From Lepidodermella squamata (taxonomy: Eukaryota; Animalia; Gastrotricha): 64,000 bases of DNA. The stretch lies in NCBI GenBank assembly GCA_047495785.1, contig JBLDXI010000011.1:372001-436000 (forward strand). The letters run 5' to 3'. The translations under genes and the position numbers were made by a program. Shown piece after piece: positions 35,339-49,878 of the stretch (position 1 is the stretch's first letter; each line of letters starts with the position of its first letter). The notes under the pieces were generated by a model. It worked only from the letters and a program-made list of their open reading frames with translations, made no database searches and was not told the DNA's origin.

Positions 35339-37176
35339 ATGACACGACTCGTGGAATTTTTCTTACTGGTTTTCATGCTAGTAGCTGTTAACAAGTCAGA
35401 TATCAGTTTTGACGATATCTCTGCAATTCACCGAATCTTCCGCGAATCATGTCCATTCGCCTTTTACGAGTGGCTGCCTAACCAGCAAATGAACAGCGCT
35501 GACGGGGCGGTTCCTTTTATTGACACAGTAACCACTCTTGAATTGTTAACACCCATCAAAATCCACGCGACAGAACATCAGCTGTCAATTATGGGCGAGG
35601 TTGTGGTGGACTGGAATTGGCCCTGCGACCTGGATGCGTTTGTTGAGAACCTGTCAGTGGCTGTCAACATCACTGAATCAACTGTTGAATCGCTTTTCTT
35701 CATGCAAGCACCACTTGATGAAGTTTGGCATCCGACTGTAATACACCGAAATTCGGTCTCTAATCCCTTCGCTATAATGGAGTAAGTTTCATAATAATAA
35801 TGTTTTTATTTTTCCTCTTCGGGACTGAGCGTCGTGTACCGTTTCCGGTTTTGAAGAGGGCGAAGGCGAGCGAAGAATGATCCTCACCCACCCCCACAGT
35901 CGAGGATTCTGCTTTTTGTATAGAATTCGTAATTTTCAATCGAGTTTACAACCATGCGCCATTCATCTTTTTCGAAAGTAACCGATTCCACTAGTTGGAT
36001 ATCGGGAATAATTTTTATCTCAAAATCCTTTTCGCCGGCATTTTTCTTATTTTCTCGTTTCTTAGTGGTTATATTTTAGTGGGGTCAATATGGCGCCTTC
36101 TTAAATTTCAAGCACACGATGCTGTTTTTTGCTGGGAAACGGGCATGAATGATGCATTTTTCATCAGATCTAAAATTAGCTCGAATTAAAGTGGAGTAGT
36201 TTTAGGAATGTGAATATTTTCAAGAGGTGTCTTTAAACTAGGACATTCTTAGCTCTGCGCATAAAATCCTGGTAGAATGAGCTGTGAGTGTAAGATGAGG
36301 ATCAGAACCAATTTTTCTTTGATTTTTCTAACTCCTTCTTAATGTCTCGTCATTAGTTCTGATGATATACCTTGCGAGTACAGTGAGGTATAATTATTTT
36401 TCGAGCTCGAAATTCCGCCAAAACAATTTCTGTTTTCTCATTTTTTTAACGAGTTGAACTTTTATTTTAGATCGATTGTACAATCGAAGGTAATGATATT
36501 CCTGTTTTACGGCAAATCATCGTGGTCAACAACTGGCAATTTGGAGTCTCAGTGCTTGCAAAGCTCGTTAATATCGAAATTCCCATTCGATAGCTTCGAA
36601 TGCGCCATTATCCTTGAGGGCTATGGTCATACGCGATTCGACACTTTCGAAATCATGGATAGATTTCAGCCGGATGAAGCCGTCGGAGATGTTTGGACGT
36701 TCAAAGGCTACAACCATTCGTGCCAGCGAACGCAATGCTCCATTCAGATGTATTTTCAACGCAACCCTGGTTCAATCATTCAGAAAGTAATCGTGCCGTG
36801 TTACATTCTAGCTGTGCTTCAAATCGTAGGCCTGATCATGCCAGCTCGGATGGCAGATCGGCCCGTTTACAACATAACTGTCCTACTTGCGTTTTTCGTC
36901 ATTCTCGGCATGATTTTCGAGGCGATCCCAGAGTCGCCGCATCCAATTTACTTGGTTATTTTGATTGAAATGAAAGTTGGTATCGGAGCGATTATAACTC
37001 TTTACACCCTTGTGACTCTTCGCTTTGCAAAACGGAGCCTGTCAAAGCGGCTGGTTATTCAGGTACATCATCTGGCACTGACAGTCATCGATATCATGGA
37101 CATGGCTGCAGCGATTACGATAATTGTGGCGTCAGGCCTGATAGACGGCATTTTATTCTATAGAATGCTACAGTGA
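35339..37176 (+). CDS. Cys-loop channel copy 9 (exons 35339-35781, 36471-37176; 382 aa)
   Basis: Family motifs; in-frame intron. Confidence 0.92.
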
Positions 37177-38030
37177 TGCTTTGTAACAAACTTTGAACTT
37201 TGAAATTCAAATTCTAGATGATGACTTTTTCTCTTCTTACGTTCTTTATGTTAATAAAAGATCATTAGCAAGAGCATTTCAGGGGGTCCGAACTAAATTC
37301 TATCCCTCATGTAATTATTGACAAATCCTAGCCCCCAGCGCTTTGAGATTTAGGCAGAACAGAGACGAGCATGATTCAAGATAAATATTTGTTCAAGCTT
37401 TTTACGACCACTGGTCGGGTAAGTTCCAAAACGAAAGCATACTGATAGAAGCTATGAAAAAGTCTTATTGAAATAGAAATATCGATTCTTCGAGTTTGGA
37501 ATATCATATTCATATGTTCTTCACCCTCCCCCTTCATCCTCCATCGAAACTGATGCAAATCGAAATGGATGGGATCACCTTTTCAAACATACAGCTTCAT
37601 AAACTATTATTGTTTGCTTTGCCTACTTTGCCTACTTGGCTTGCTGTACGCTGTGACATGTGTATTGTGTGTTCCAATTCTCCCTGCATTCTGTTTTCTG
37701 GATGGCCTGCAAATTTGCTTCTATCTTGTTTTTTTCAATTTTCAACGCCGCTGACAACTTGACAACAGAGATTGCGGGGCTTATAGCAAGCAGGCAGTCT
37801 ACAGTGCACCGCAATGTTTTCAACGTAAATAAAGGCGTCCTTTTTTGTGTTTATTCAAGCGATAATTCGATATTTCGAGCGGATATCACCTGCCAGATGC
37901 TGTGGATGCTTTGCAGAAATGACGAAAAATGCACGGATGCAAACAATTTTTATCCTACATATATTATACATATATTGCACAAACTATCACCATTATTTTA
38001 CAATATTTTGTTAAAGATGCCTCTATAATA

Positions 38031-41000
38031 ATGGTATTTTCCTTACTAGTTTTCGCAGTTCTCGCATTGACACCTCTCATCTACGCGAATTCACGATTTG
38101 ATAAAGTTGATTCAATTTATCGAATATTCCGTGATTCCTGTCCATTCGCCATTTACAAATGGCTACCCAGTCATCTTGAGAGCAGCGATTCTTTAAATTA
38201 CATTGACATCGATCTTCAAATAGACCTGCGAACGCCCGTCGATATCGACAATGCTCACCGACGTTTGTCAATTTTCGTTGAATTAGACGCATTTTGGGAA
38301 TGGCCGTGCGATTCTGATGAGCTTAATAAGAATCTTGCAAACGTTACAAACGGCAAGTGGAAAGATTTCACGATGGTTATGCCCGTCGATGACGTGTGGA
38401 TCCCGACAATCATGCACGCCAATGCAGTTGGAAATTCTGCGGCTTTAATGAAGTAAGCTACAAATTACATAGCAGAAAATATAGTAGCGTAAGGTAAAAC
38501 GAGACCCCTATTATAGTTGATGATACAGTGCTCCCTCGATAAAAGCACTGGGTCGGGAGCCAGACGCGGTCTTTAAACAAGGGAAAGCTATAACGAGGGC
38601 TGTAATTGAATGCAGGAGCTAAAAATAGACCGTTTCTAAGTCTTAAGACAGTTGCCATAGCAAAGCGCTAAAAGAGACGGACACAGATTATGTGTAATTG
38701 CAAAATTTGCTCGCTGAAGGCTGTTAAACAATAACGCGATGAGTCATAAATTCGTCGACAAGTTTTTTTTCTTAGTTAAGGCGTGATTTGACTGGTTAGC
38801 CATTGTTTTAACTCTGATTTTCAGTCCTGCCTGGGATTAACGAACTCACTATAAAAACAGAAGCTGGAATCGCATTATTTCAATGTACTTCAATTAGCCA
38901 GCTAGTCTGCTGATTAAAATCGCAAAAAATTTCATTCAAAATCACAGCTCAAGAAATCCATCACCTTGGCCAAGATTGACCAGAATACTTCTGAATAAAT
39001 CACCAGCAAATTCAGCCTAACCTTCTCAAGACAATGCAGCGTCCAATTCAGAACTCATGCTTCGCCTAAAATTCGTAGAATTATTTAAAAAAATACTAAT
39101 TAATATGAAATTTGAAAAAAATTATGATGAAATATGTATTTTCGATAATTTTTTCGCTGTTAACCTGACTTTTTCTTTTTTAAATTCATGGCATTGAGCA
39201 ATCACGGACCAATTTCAAGGCATAAGACGTGCGTTTCCGTCAAGAGGGTACGATTCGATAGGTGTTTCGATTGAATGGAATAAATTTGTATCTTCTCAGG
39301 CGTGATCTGATTTGCATTCGACTGGCCTATTGCCTATTAAGATCAGAGAAAGGTAAAAAATCGGGCAGAAGCTCCCGCCGCCCCTCCTCGGGATGTTGCG
39401 ATTTTCAAAGTCAAAATCGAATGATTAACAGTTGTGAAAAAACCCGGAAAATTGCCAGGGCGTTGAGCAATGAAATCGTAGAGTAGTGACAGCCAGTTTC
39501 GTGGTAGATCAGGCCTATAGACTATCGAAAATCGGCTAATAATTCCGATAACTCAGGTCAACTGGAACGAATGAAATCGGTCTAATTTTATGAGAATAAA
39601 TCCACCTATCGGAATTAAAATAAATCTTAAAACAAGGACGTGATTCTTCATGATTACGCAACACAGCCGGGAACAAAATAGGGGAAAACCTTCTTAAAAA
39701 ACACGATTTATATCCTAATTTTATCATGCTAATAATGCCGGTAAATTTCAAGAGATTTTCTGGCCGGGAAAAAGCTAAAAAATGAAAAATAAGGGCGATC
39801 CAGATGAGTCTTTTAGTTGATCAGCAATTGACCTGAGAACAAATCTGCAAATCAAGAAGATAGAAGATTGACGGGCATTCTTATAGTTGGTGAAATAAAT
39901 TGCTGATTTTGTCTGATAAACTGGCGTAATTTCTGATGGAAAAGTTTAACGAAAAAGCAAGACGACTCGCAGCACGACTTGAGTGGCAGCTAATCCACGC
40001 ACTCTGTTGCATAATCACAGTCATTTCAAAGCCACAAGAACAGCTCAATGCACTGCTTATCTTTCAACTCGTTTGAACTAACCTAGAAATAACTGGATCT
40101 CTCAAAACCACGACACCGCGCCGCTAGGTTTCCAGGAACGCTTTATTATTTTAATTTTTCACGCTTAATTCTTTTAATTTATCGAATAATTATTTTTTGT
40201 TTAATTAAAAATTTACAAATAATTTATTTAGCAGGGTCCAAAATTACGGTCTACAAACGAGGGAGTTCTTTTAAGGAGGGTGCCACTAACGAGGGAGCAC
40301 TGTAAGTGTTACTCCGGTCTCCTGACACTAGCTAAATTATGCTTGACAGGAAAACAACTTCCTGTAAATGACTTCAGATGCCAGTAAAAACAATCAAAAG
40401 CGACGTAATTACCGATAAGGAAATTTTCACCATATTTTCGTTGTTTTGGGGCCGTGGGACGATTACAGTATTTTATCAACTAGTATCCTCAACCCGAGAA
40501 ATAGCCCTTAGGCTTGCTCTTTCGAATGTGTTAAATTTACAGTAAACGTCGCATACGGGCATCTTTCAAGGCGGCCCGAGCGCGGAGCGGCAAGTCAATG
40601 TTACCCGTCTGCGCACGGGCCGGCCGGAGGGCGTACGGGCCGACTTCGGACTCGGGCCCCAACACAAATGTCACAAAATGATGCCCCCTGATTATCAGAT
40701 TGCCCGAGTCCGTATTCGTATGTATGCCCGAGGTAATGATATTGTTGCAAGATGTAAAATAATAAATAATTGTTCACGTGTGAATAACGTATAATCAAAA
40801 TAAAAATTACACTTTAAACTTTCAGTTCAATAGTGCAGTCGAAGGTTCGAGTCCAAATGTATTCCGGCTTGTCATTTTGGACGAGTTCAGGCTTGGTGGA
40901 ATCTCAATGCCAGGAAAACTCCCAAATCTCGCAATTTCCCTTTGATAACTTCGAATGTGACATTATATTTGAGAGCTTTTATGATTCCCGAATCATATCA

Positions 41001-41534
41001 GCCGTTGTTACAACCGAATTCTCCCGAGGTGTCGGCGATGTTTGGTCTTTTCAACGCTACAATTATTCGCACGACAACTTGACATGCGCTATTCACCTCT
41101 CATTTCAGCGAAAGCCGAATTTCATCATCCAGCAAATCATCGTGCCCTGCTACATATTGGCTGCTATTCAGATTCTTGGCCTGATAATGCCTGCACGAAT
41201 GCCCGATCGTCCTGTTTACAACGTCACTGTCCTGCTGGCGTTTTTCGTCATTCTTAGCATGATTTTCGAAGCGATTCCACAGTCGTCAGATCCCATTTAC
41301 CTGGCCATTCTGATAGAAACGAAAATCGCAGTCGGAGCTCTTATAACACTTTACACTCTTATAACACTTCGGTTTGCAAAACGGGACCTGTCAAAGCGAC
41401 TGGTTAAGCAGGTTTTATATGTGCCACTCACAGTAATGGACGTAATGGACCTAATTGCAGCGTTCAGTGTCGTTGCTTTATCGGGCATCATCGACGGTGT
41501 ACTATTCGGCAAAATGCTTCAGCAAAATACTTGA
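38031..41534 (+). CDS. Cys-loop channel copy 10 (exons 38031-38452, 40826-41534; 376 aa)
   Basis: Family motifs; 2373-nt intron; in-frame join. Confidence 0.9.
38526..40302. mobile_element. Tc1/mariner-pogo-type non-autonomous element in the intron of copy 10
   Basis: TIRs CAGTGCTCCCTCG / CGAGGGAGCACTG flanked by TA. Confidence 0.8.
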
Positions 41535-42051
41535 GCTGACCTTATGTTTGAATCGAGCAAAATCATGTTTTGAATTACCGAATTGCCGTACTGTATTAGA
41601 GAGCCTTTTTCTGCCATATCACGATTGCTCGCGATCTCTGCAGAACTAAGGCGCAGAGCTCTTCCTCCTCGAAAGTAAAAACGGCACGACGTATCAGTTA
41701 TCAGTCAAAGAGAAAAAACAATTGAAAGTATATTTTTTAGGCCTGAGTAAGCATTTTATCTTCTGTCATATCGTTGTTTCTCGTCGTCAGAATGAAGGGA
41801 GTAAGCGCACTGTATAAACACAGCTGTTGAACAGCTCGGTTAACAAAGCGAGGAAATTCATCTTACTACAGACTACAGAATGTAATAAAGTCAACAATGC
41901 TTGCGAACTAATAAAAATTCTTAACAATCTCTCAGCTTCAGTGGTAGTTAGTCCTCAACTAGCTATCGTCTGCAAAATCGGAAATATTGTTTCGCATCAA
42001 ATCTAAATGAAAATTTGTTGCAACGTCGGACTGTGAAATAATTCAATTAAT

Positions 42052-43686
42052 ATGCTATTGTTACTGGCTCTAAATTTGTTTACCCTTGCGCCTAAAGCTA
42101 ACGCGGTATTTCAATATGATGAAATAAACCTAATCCACGATATCTTCAACACTTCATGCCCATTCGCGCTGTACAAATGGCTGCCAAATTATCTCAACAG
42201 TAGCACTTTCATGTCGATACAGGGCTTCAACATCCGCCTACAACCTCCTGTGACTATCCGCGACACGGACCGCCAGCTTTCGATCCTTGCTGAAGTAACC
42301 GCGATGTGGAATTGGCCATGCGATTTGGATGCGTTCTGTGGCAAACTTTCGGCTGCTAACATTAGCGAACCATGTGGAGTATTTGCTCAAAATGCGTTTC
42401 AAATGAATGCACCGCTGGACGAAGTGTGGAATCCGATTATTTACCACGAAAACGCTGTTTCTAGTCCTGACGCTATCATGGAGTAAGATAGATTTTTAAT
42501 CTATTTTCCAATTACTTGTTAGCTTATTAAATGTCCCTTTCTACCAGGGTGCGATCTTCGATCCCCGAGCTCCCGGGGATGAAAAATTTTTTTTTGCTGT
42601 TTTTGCCAAAATGACGAGTCAATTCGGCAAATAACCGAGCGAAGCGAGAAAATTTTTGAGATTTTCCACTAAAACACGCCCCAGAACATTCCAAAATTAA
42701 CAAAACAGTGGGATAAATTCTCATTTTGTTGTCTGGCCCGGCCGAGCTGGGGGGGGGATGATCCCCCCCATCCCCCCCTGAAAGTCGCCCACTGCTTTCC
42801 ACAAAAGGTTGTTTGTACCCCAAAAAAATTAGGGCCCATCAGAACACAATAGTAGGGTTCATTTTCGCTGCGAAAATTAACTAATGAGACATCGACAGTT
42901 AATTTGAAATCCCTTCTTACCTTTCTCATAATTAAACGAAAATATGTCTTTAGGGCGATTGTGCAGTCAAAGGTTCAGATTTTTATGTTTTCCGGGGAAT
43001 CATCGTGGTGGACGTCTGGCTTGTTGGATTCTCAATGTCTTGGAGGCTCGAAGATATCACAGTTCCCATTCGACCGCTTCGAATGCTCAATAATAATTTC
43101 TGGCTATAACGTTCGCTTCCGAGAGCTTCAAGTCGATCTTGAGTTTGAGACAGACGACGACGTCGGCAATGTTTGGACTTTCAAACGCTATAACTCATCA
43201 TGCAGCCCTGGGCAATGTTCAGTAAAGCTGTCATTTCAACGCAAGCCAGGCTATATTGTACAGAAAGTGATAGTGCCCTGTTACATCCTGGCGGCTCTTC
43301 AAATCCTGGGCTTAACCATGCCCGCTAAAATGCCGGACAGACCGGTCTACAGCAGCACAGTCCTTCTGGCTTTCTTCGTCATTTTCGGCATGATTTTCGA
43401 AGCGATTCCGCAAACTGCAGAACCGGTTTACCTGGCAATTTTAATCGAGACGAAAATCGTAATCGGAGCCGTCGTCACTCTATACACCTTGGTTACTCTC
43501 CGTTTAGCAAAGCAAGGCCTACTGAAGAATCCTATTCAAATAATGGCCATTTCATTGACATTTATTGATGTTATGGACCTGGTTGCAACACTTATCGTCG
43601 TGGTCACGTCATTCGTAATCGATGGCACTCTATTTTTCAAGATGCTCGAGTGGAGCGAACCTGAGGGTGAAGTCAACAAGTTGTGA
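42052..43686 (+). CDS. Cys-loop channel copy 11 (exons 42052-42482, 42954-43686; 387 aa)
   Basis: Family motifs; in-frame intron. Confidence 0.92.
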
Positions 43687-44306
43687 CAAGAGATATACCG
43701 TTATCTTCAAGGCTTTGCAATTACGGAAGTTGATAATATGTGCTAACATATGCAAATAAATGCTGCGCTTCATCGTAACTGGACTTTACGTAACGTTTCA
43801 AAGTTCTTGTAGAGTGATGCGACGGGATATGACGTGATCTTTAATGCTCTTCCAATACTGATTTGTGGACCAAACTCGCTCGGGGTTTGAGATCAGGGGG
43901 AAATTCCATTTCTCCATGGCTAGCTATAGAATAATCCTTCAGAGTACTACGTAGTGCAAATTTGAACGGAAAAAATGAAGGAGTGTATATTGGAAAAACA
44001 TTGGAGACACAGTCACAGTGCGTTTGAATATCAATTCTTAGTTTAGCCTAGCGCAGAAAAGTTTCGAACGGATGCTATAGCCTCTAACATCTCAGCTCGG
44101 GCTTCTCTCTGCAGTTCTCTGCAATAAAGCGTAAACGGCTTTATATTCAATAGGCGAATGGAGGACTGTTGTTGTCGTTGTTATTGGAAAAATTGTCAGA
44201 GATATTTGCTCGGATATTGAGCCTGCGCCGAACAAAACCTCTCGCCTCGTCTGTGCTGCTCCATCGATCAACATTTTTTGTGTCATTTATTTGTGCCGAT
44301 TTCACT

Positions 44307-46158
44307 ATGCGATCACTTAGTAATTCAGGATTATCCATCCAGCTTCTGTTCGGCATTATATTAAACGCTGAAGCCATAATTCCTTTTGAGGATCTCGCCC
44401 TTATTCCCCTAATAGTTCGCGAATCATGTCCTATGGCGTTCTACAAGTGGCTGCCAAACTATTTCAAAGGCAGCAACGAAACTCAATATATCAGCATAGT
44501 CATTAGCTTGAAAACGCCGGTCGATATACGCGATACCGACCGCCGACTATCCCTCCTAGCTGACATAATGCTGCGATGGGGATGGCCGTGCGACTTGAAC
44601 AATTTGTTTTCGAAGCTCGCAGCTGCCAACATCACAAGCATCAAAGTTCTACGGGATCATGGCTTTGATATAACTGCTCCGCTGGACGAAGTGTGGCATC
44701 CGGCTATATATCACACAAATGCGGCCGCCCCGGGGGCAATAATGGAGTAAGATATTTATTCAATTTCACGTTTAAAAATATTAAACATATAGCAATAATT
44801 AAAATTAATAACTACTAGGTAATTCTCCAAAGTTTTAAGCGTTTATTCCAATAGAACGTGATGCCGATATTTTTGACGGAATTTATGAACCACTTGTAAC
44901 TTGTTACTTATCATCGCCTAAAAAAACTTGAAAACAGTTAGCACCTTATACCCTGACCTACATTCGTATAGCATCCTGCCCAAAATTCGGCCACTTTGTA
45001 GGTTATTCCTACTTTTCTAGCCAGGGGCCAGGTGAAAATTTACAAAATATTCGGCATTCGGCAAATACAGAATATATGGTAGTTATTGAGCTATCGAATT
45101 ATGAGCTCTGGGGTCATCGCTAGACTGAGAGAAGGCCGATGTGAGGTAACCAAGAAGTGCCGAATTTAGTTCGCTGCACATGGAAGAGCATGTCCACCTG
45201 GAAGAGCGAAGCCAACTAACTGAAATCGCTGCAATTATCAATTAGCTTGGCGATACTAAACAGCAAGCAGTACTGTCGCTCCAGAAAGTGAGAAAAGTTG
45301 TAACTCGTCTACTCATCATTTTATGAATCCGAATTTACGCGTACTAATAAAAATGCGAATTTGCGAATTTTCTAATTCGCTAAATAGATAATCAACCGCT
45401 TTTTACCTAACTCCTAACTCAAAGTCTATTGATTTTGTTTCTGATTAACTAGGTCAATAAGAGAAGCCTCTGCGGATATCGATGTATTTTCTGGCATCTC
45501 TAACTGGAAAAGCACTATGATACTGGAATCTTACTGCAATGAAAAGCTGCGAATATCGAAATTCCCGTTTGATAACTTCGAATGCATTATACACCTGCAG
45601 CTGTCAATGCATTTCAGTCATCATTTATTGAGTGTGCTTTTCAAGAAAGATGCAGATTTCAACAGCATTTGGGCTCTCGAGCATTACAACCTTACAATCA
45701 ACGATGCTTTCGGCAGGTTCTATGTAAATTTGTCTTTTCAACGCAAGCCGGGATCCATCTTTCAACAAATAATCGTGCCATGTTACATTCTGAGTGTTCT
45801 CCAGATTCTTGGCATGATCATGCCAGCTAAAATGCCAGACCGCCCTGTTTACAGCATCACTGTTCTTCTCGCTTTTTTCGTCATCCTCGGCATGATTTTT
45901 GATGCGATTCCTCAATCATCCGATCCTGTTTATCTCGCTATTTTAATCGAGGCGAAAGTAGGCATCGGAGCGATCGTAACTTTGTACACCCTTGTAACCC
46001 TCCGCTTGGCAAAAAGGCAGCTTTCAAAGCATGTGGTGATCAAAATAGCCAGCATTGATTGCACAGCCATTGAATTGATGGACTTAGCAGCGACTGTGGT
46101 CTTGGTAGCCTTCTCGGGGATTATCGACGGAATTCTCTTCCGGAAGATGCTCGACTGA
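44307..46158 (+). CDS. Cys-loop channel copy 12 (exons 44307-44746, 45453-46158; 381 aa)
   Basis: Family motifs; in-frame intron. Confidence 0.92.
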
Positions 46159-47530
46159 GTCACAGCATCACTTAGACGTCTCAGTTTATATCAACCCTTC
46201 TTTCAGCAACCTTTTCAAGCAAAATATTACAGGAAAGGCGGATCGAAGTTAGTTTGAATGATGAATGATGAACCCTTGTGCTGGGTCAATGCAAAATAAA
46301 GCTTTTTCAATAGTCGCACGCCAACTTTTAAAACTCAAAAAATGTTTTGTTAACTAAATTCCGGCGGAAAAAAAAACGAGCAACATAACGGGCAGCAATT
46401 CAAGTGAATGTATTCACCCTGAATCTTTAAACTGTAAAGTATGCCACGTTTATTTCTAACAGCAAAGGAGTACACATAATTTTAGCCTGAATGAGGGTCT
46501 GCTCAAGTTTACTTCGACAGAGAAAGGAACAAAGGATCAGAAATAACACTGATTTTACGATATCTCGAGTTCCAATTGTCTAACAATGCTAAACATTTGT
46601 AGAATTTCACGCTGAAGGCGCTCGGATCGTTTGTTTCTACGCCTGAGCAACAGATTATCGAGTATCGATTATTGATTATCGGTTATTAATTATGAATGAT
46701 CGATTCCATCTAAAATAACGGAATCCGCTGTTAACCGCCGGTTAAACCGAAAAAAACGGGTTACTCTTCTAAAAGTTCGCAACCGAACAGAACCGAACCG
46801 GACAGATTAAAAATAGAAACAGGAACATCTCTAGGAAGAAATACAATATTGAGATGCATGAAAGGGGCATCATTAATGAAATACATCCATCCATTCTCTC
46901 GAAGACATCTGCTGTGCATTTGCAAGAAGAAATTCTGACTTTGAATTTATATAGTAGATTCAGAATTCAAGAAAAATATCCATGGTATGCAAAATACCTG
47001 CTGCAAGGTCTGCTACACCTAACACCTAATTTTCTGACCCGTGGGGGTCTCCTCTGAAGCAGTTCTCCGATTTTTTTTCGTGATTTGAAACTGATTGACA
47101 CTGCTATTTCGGTTCCGTAAAACTCAAATCTGAGACAAATGCTAGGTATTAGGTATCATTAGCCATAATACTTTGTTTTATTAGTCGTATGCTTTCGAAA
47201 CAAAAAAAATGTTGAACTCAATTCTGGTGGACAATACCTATACATCATATTCCATATGGGATGACGTATGGGACCACGCGGCACATTGGCATTTCATCGA
47301 ACAGGAAAGACCGCGATCAAAACAAGCCAGGGGTAGCGAGCAATATTGGCATTGGCTGCAATGTGCTATGAAATTGAGCCGTGGAGACTGTCTTAATTGG
47401 ATTTTGGAGACACCCATATTTGCCCGGATATGAAAGCTAAGGTCGAAACCTACGCGTGTCATAAAAAAGACTGTCGGGTAAAAACAGTTGCGTCCCCTCC
47501 GCATTTGACCTTGAATAGCTCAGACGAACC

Positions 47531-49102
47531 ATGGCTCGCCTCATCTCATCCAGCCTTCATTTTCTGGGTTTCCTATTCCAAGCCCACGCGCTTGTTCAGT
47601 TCGATGACCTAACTGTCATCCACAAAATATTTCGCGAATCCTGTCCCTTGGCCTTCTATCAGTGGCTGCCTAACTATTTCATCATGACAAATGAAACGCT
47701 GAGTTTCGACGTTTGGGTCTACTTACGATCACCCGTCGACATCCGCGATACGGACAATCACTTGTCCCTCCTCGGTGAAATACGGGCGCGGTGGGCCTGG
47801 CCGTGCGATTTGAAGGCTTTCTGTAAAAAGTTGGCAGTTGTCAACGTTACAGACTGCGAATTGCTGCGTAGCAAAGGCTTTTCGATGAAAACATCGCTCG
47901 CTGAAGTTTGGAAGCCAGCTGTGTATCACCGAAATTCAGCCTCATCTCCAGCGGCCATCATGGAGTAAGTGATCATTTCCATCTCAGATATTATATATGT
48001 CGTAGCTGTTGAAGCTATCGCTTGAAATGAAAGAAGTCGGGGCCCCAAGTTTTAAGCCATTCGTCATTATTGTTAAGCAGAGGTTCGTTGTGGGCATAAT
48101 CGGGCCAGATCATTGTTTATTTTCCACCCAGTTAGCGAAGTATGATCCTCGAACTTAGGGGGTATTTTCGATCCCCAATTTTATGACCAAAGGGTCCCGC
48201 AGTGGTTTTTGGGGATTTTTTCCACGTTGGCCTGCCAAACTGGGGGGTACGGTACCCCTCATTCTATACTTTGCGCCCTGCTTTAACCCGATTCACCCGA
48301 TTCGTATTACCGGGATACGATTGCAAAATGTATTTCTCTTAGGTCGATAAAAGATTCAGCATTGGAAATCCAAATGTTCAATGGAACTTCTGAGTGGCGA
48401 AGCACCCTCAAGTTGGAATCGTTTTGCCCAGAAAAGCTAAGAATATCGCAATTCCCATTCGATGCCTTCGAATGCGACATCCAGCTCGAACGGTCTGAGG
48501 CTGTATTCCAAAAGGTTTCATTTCATGTATTAATCAACAAAGACGAAGAAGATTTTAGCAAAGTGTGGAATTTTGAGCGCAAGAACGTTTCTTATGACAA
48601 GAAACAGGCCTCGATTCAACTGTCATTCAGACGCAAGCCGGGTTTCGTAGTTCAGCAGGTCATTGTGCCCTGTTATATTCTCGCTGTACTTCAAGTTCTA
48701 GGCCTGATAATCCCGGCTGATAAATCAGATCGGCCTTACTACAACATCACTGTACTCCTCGCTTTCTTCGTCATTCTCGGCATGATTTTCGAAGCGATAC
48801 CACCGTCTTCGGACACGGTTTACCTCGCGATCTTGGTCGAGATGAAAATTGTTATCGGAGCCGTTGTTACTCTGTACACCCTGGTAACTCTCCGTTTGGC
48901 AAACGGATGCCTATCGAAATACGCCGCCATCAAATTTGTCTACGTTTCGCTGAATGTCACCGACATAATGGACTTGGTTGCGGCGTTTGTTGTAATTGCG
49001 ATTTCGGGCATCATAGACGGAGCTTTATTTTACAAAATGATCGAACACAATAATCGCTCAATTTCTGACCTCTTTTCAGACTTTTTCCGCCCAGATGTTT
49101 GA
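47531..49102 (+). CDS. Cys-loop channel copy 13 (exons 47531-47964, 48343-49102; 397 aa)
   Basis: Family motifs; in-frame intron. Confidence 0.92.
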
Positions 49103-49878
49103 GAGTTGATAATGCGCAACCGAGCAGGTCATTCGTTATTTCATTTCGCCGTCTGATTTGGTTTGTTTCAATGTTTCGTGTCTCTTTGGTTGTATTTTCA
49201 TATTGGGGTTAAATGGACAATTTTCAAATTTTAATTAATTTTATGAATAAATGAAAAGTTTAGATAACGTTTCGTAACGTAACGTCACGACATCAAAAAT
49301 ATTAACGATGTTTTTCGGCAAATGACACGAAATATTTGCTTTTTAAATAATACAGTTTTCAAGATGATTGGTGGATCTAGTGGATCGAGTCGCTACGATA
49401 TTTCATGAAGCTGATTCATGAAGGGTTCACGTCCAGTTGAGAAACCTGCACACAACACACAACAATCCTTCAACCTAAGCACCAGAATCAATATCTGGGA
49501 ATCTATTCGCATTTTTGGAGCGTTTTTGTTAGTTCGTTCCAGAACCGTTAAAACAAATATGCCGAAACAATAATTCGCATAATTTTTACCAGTTCATCAA
49601 CAAACCTTTAAACGAGCAAGCGTTATCTGTTATTTTAGTCCGCTGCCAATCAATCTACAATTTTAACTTCGGCATAGTCATAGAATTTATTGCAAGGTAT
49701 CGCCAATACAGGCGATGTATTTTGTATTTGTTCGAGCGAAATTTCAATACTTCTAGCGGATATCGCAAGTTGAATGCTTGTAGCTCATTGAACCAACGAA
49801 CGAATTGATATCAGCTATTCTGCATATATTGCTAAAACTATAGCTTTGAATTCACAATAATTCATTAAGCTTCGTAGA

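Noticed and set aside
36359-36400. CTGATGA followed by a TATACCT/AGGTATA stem as a second hammerhead
   Set aside because: No GAAA after the stem and no cleavage triplet geometry
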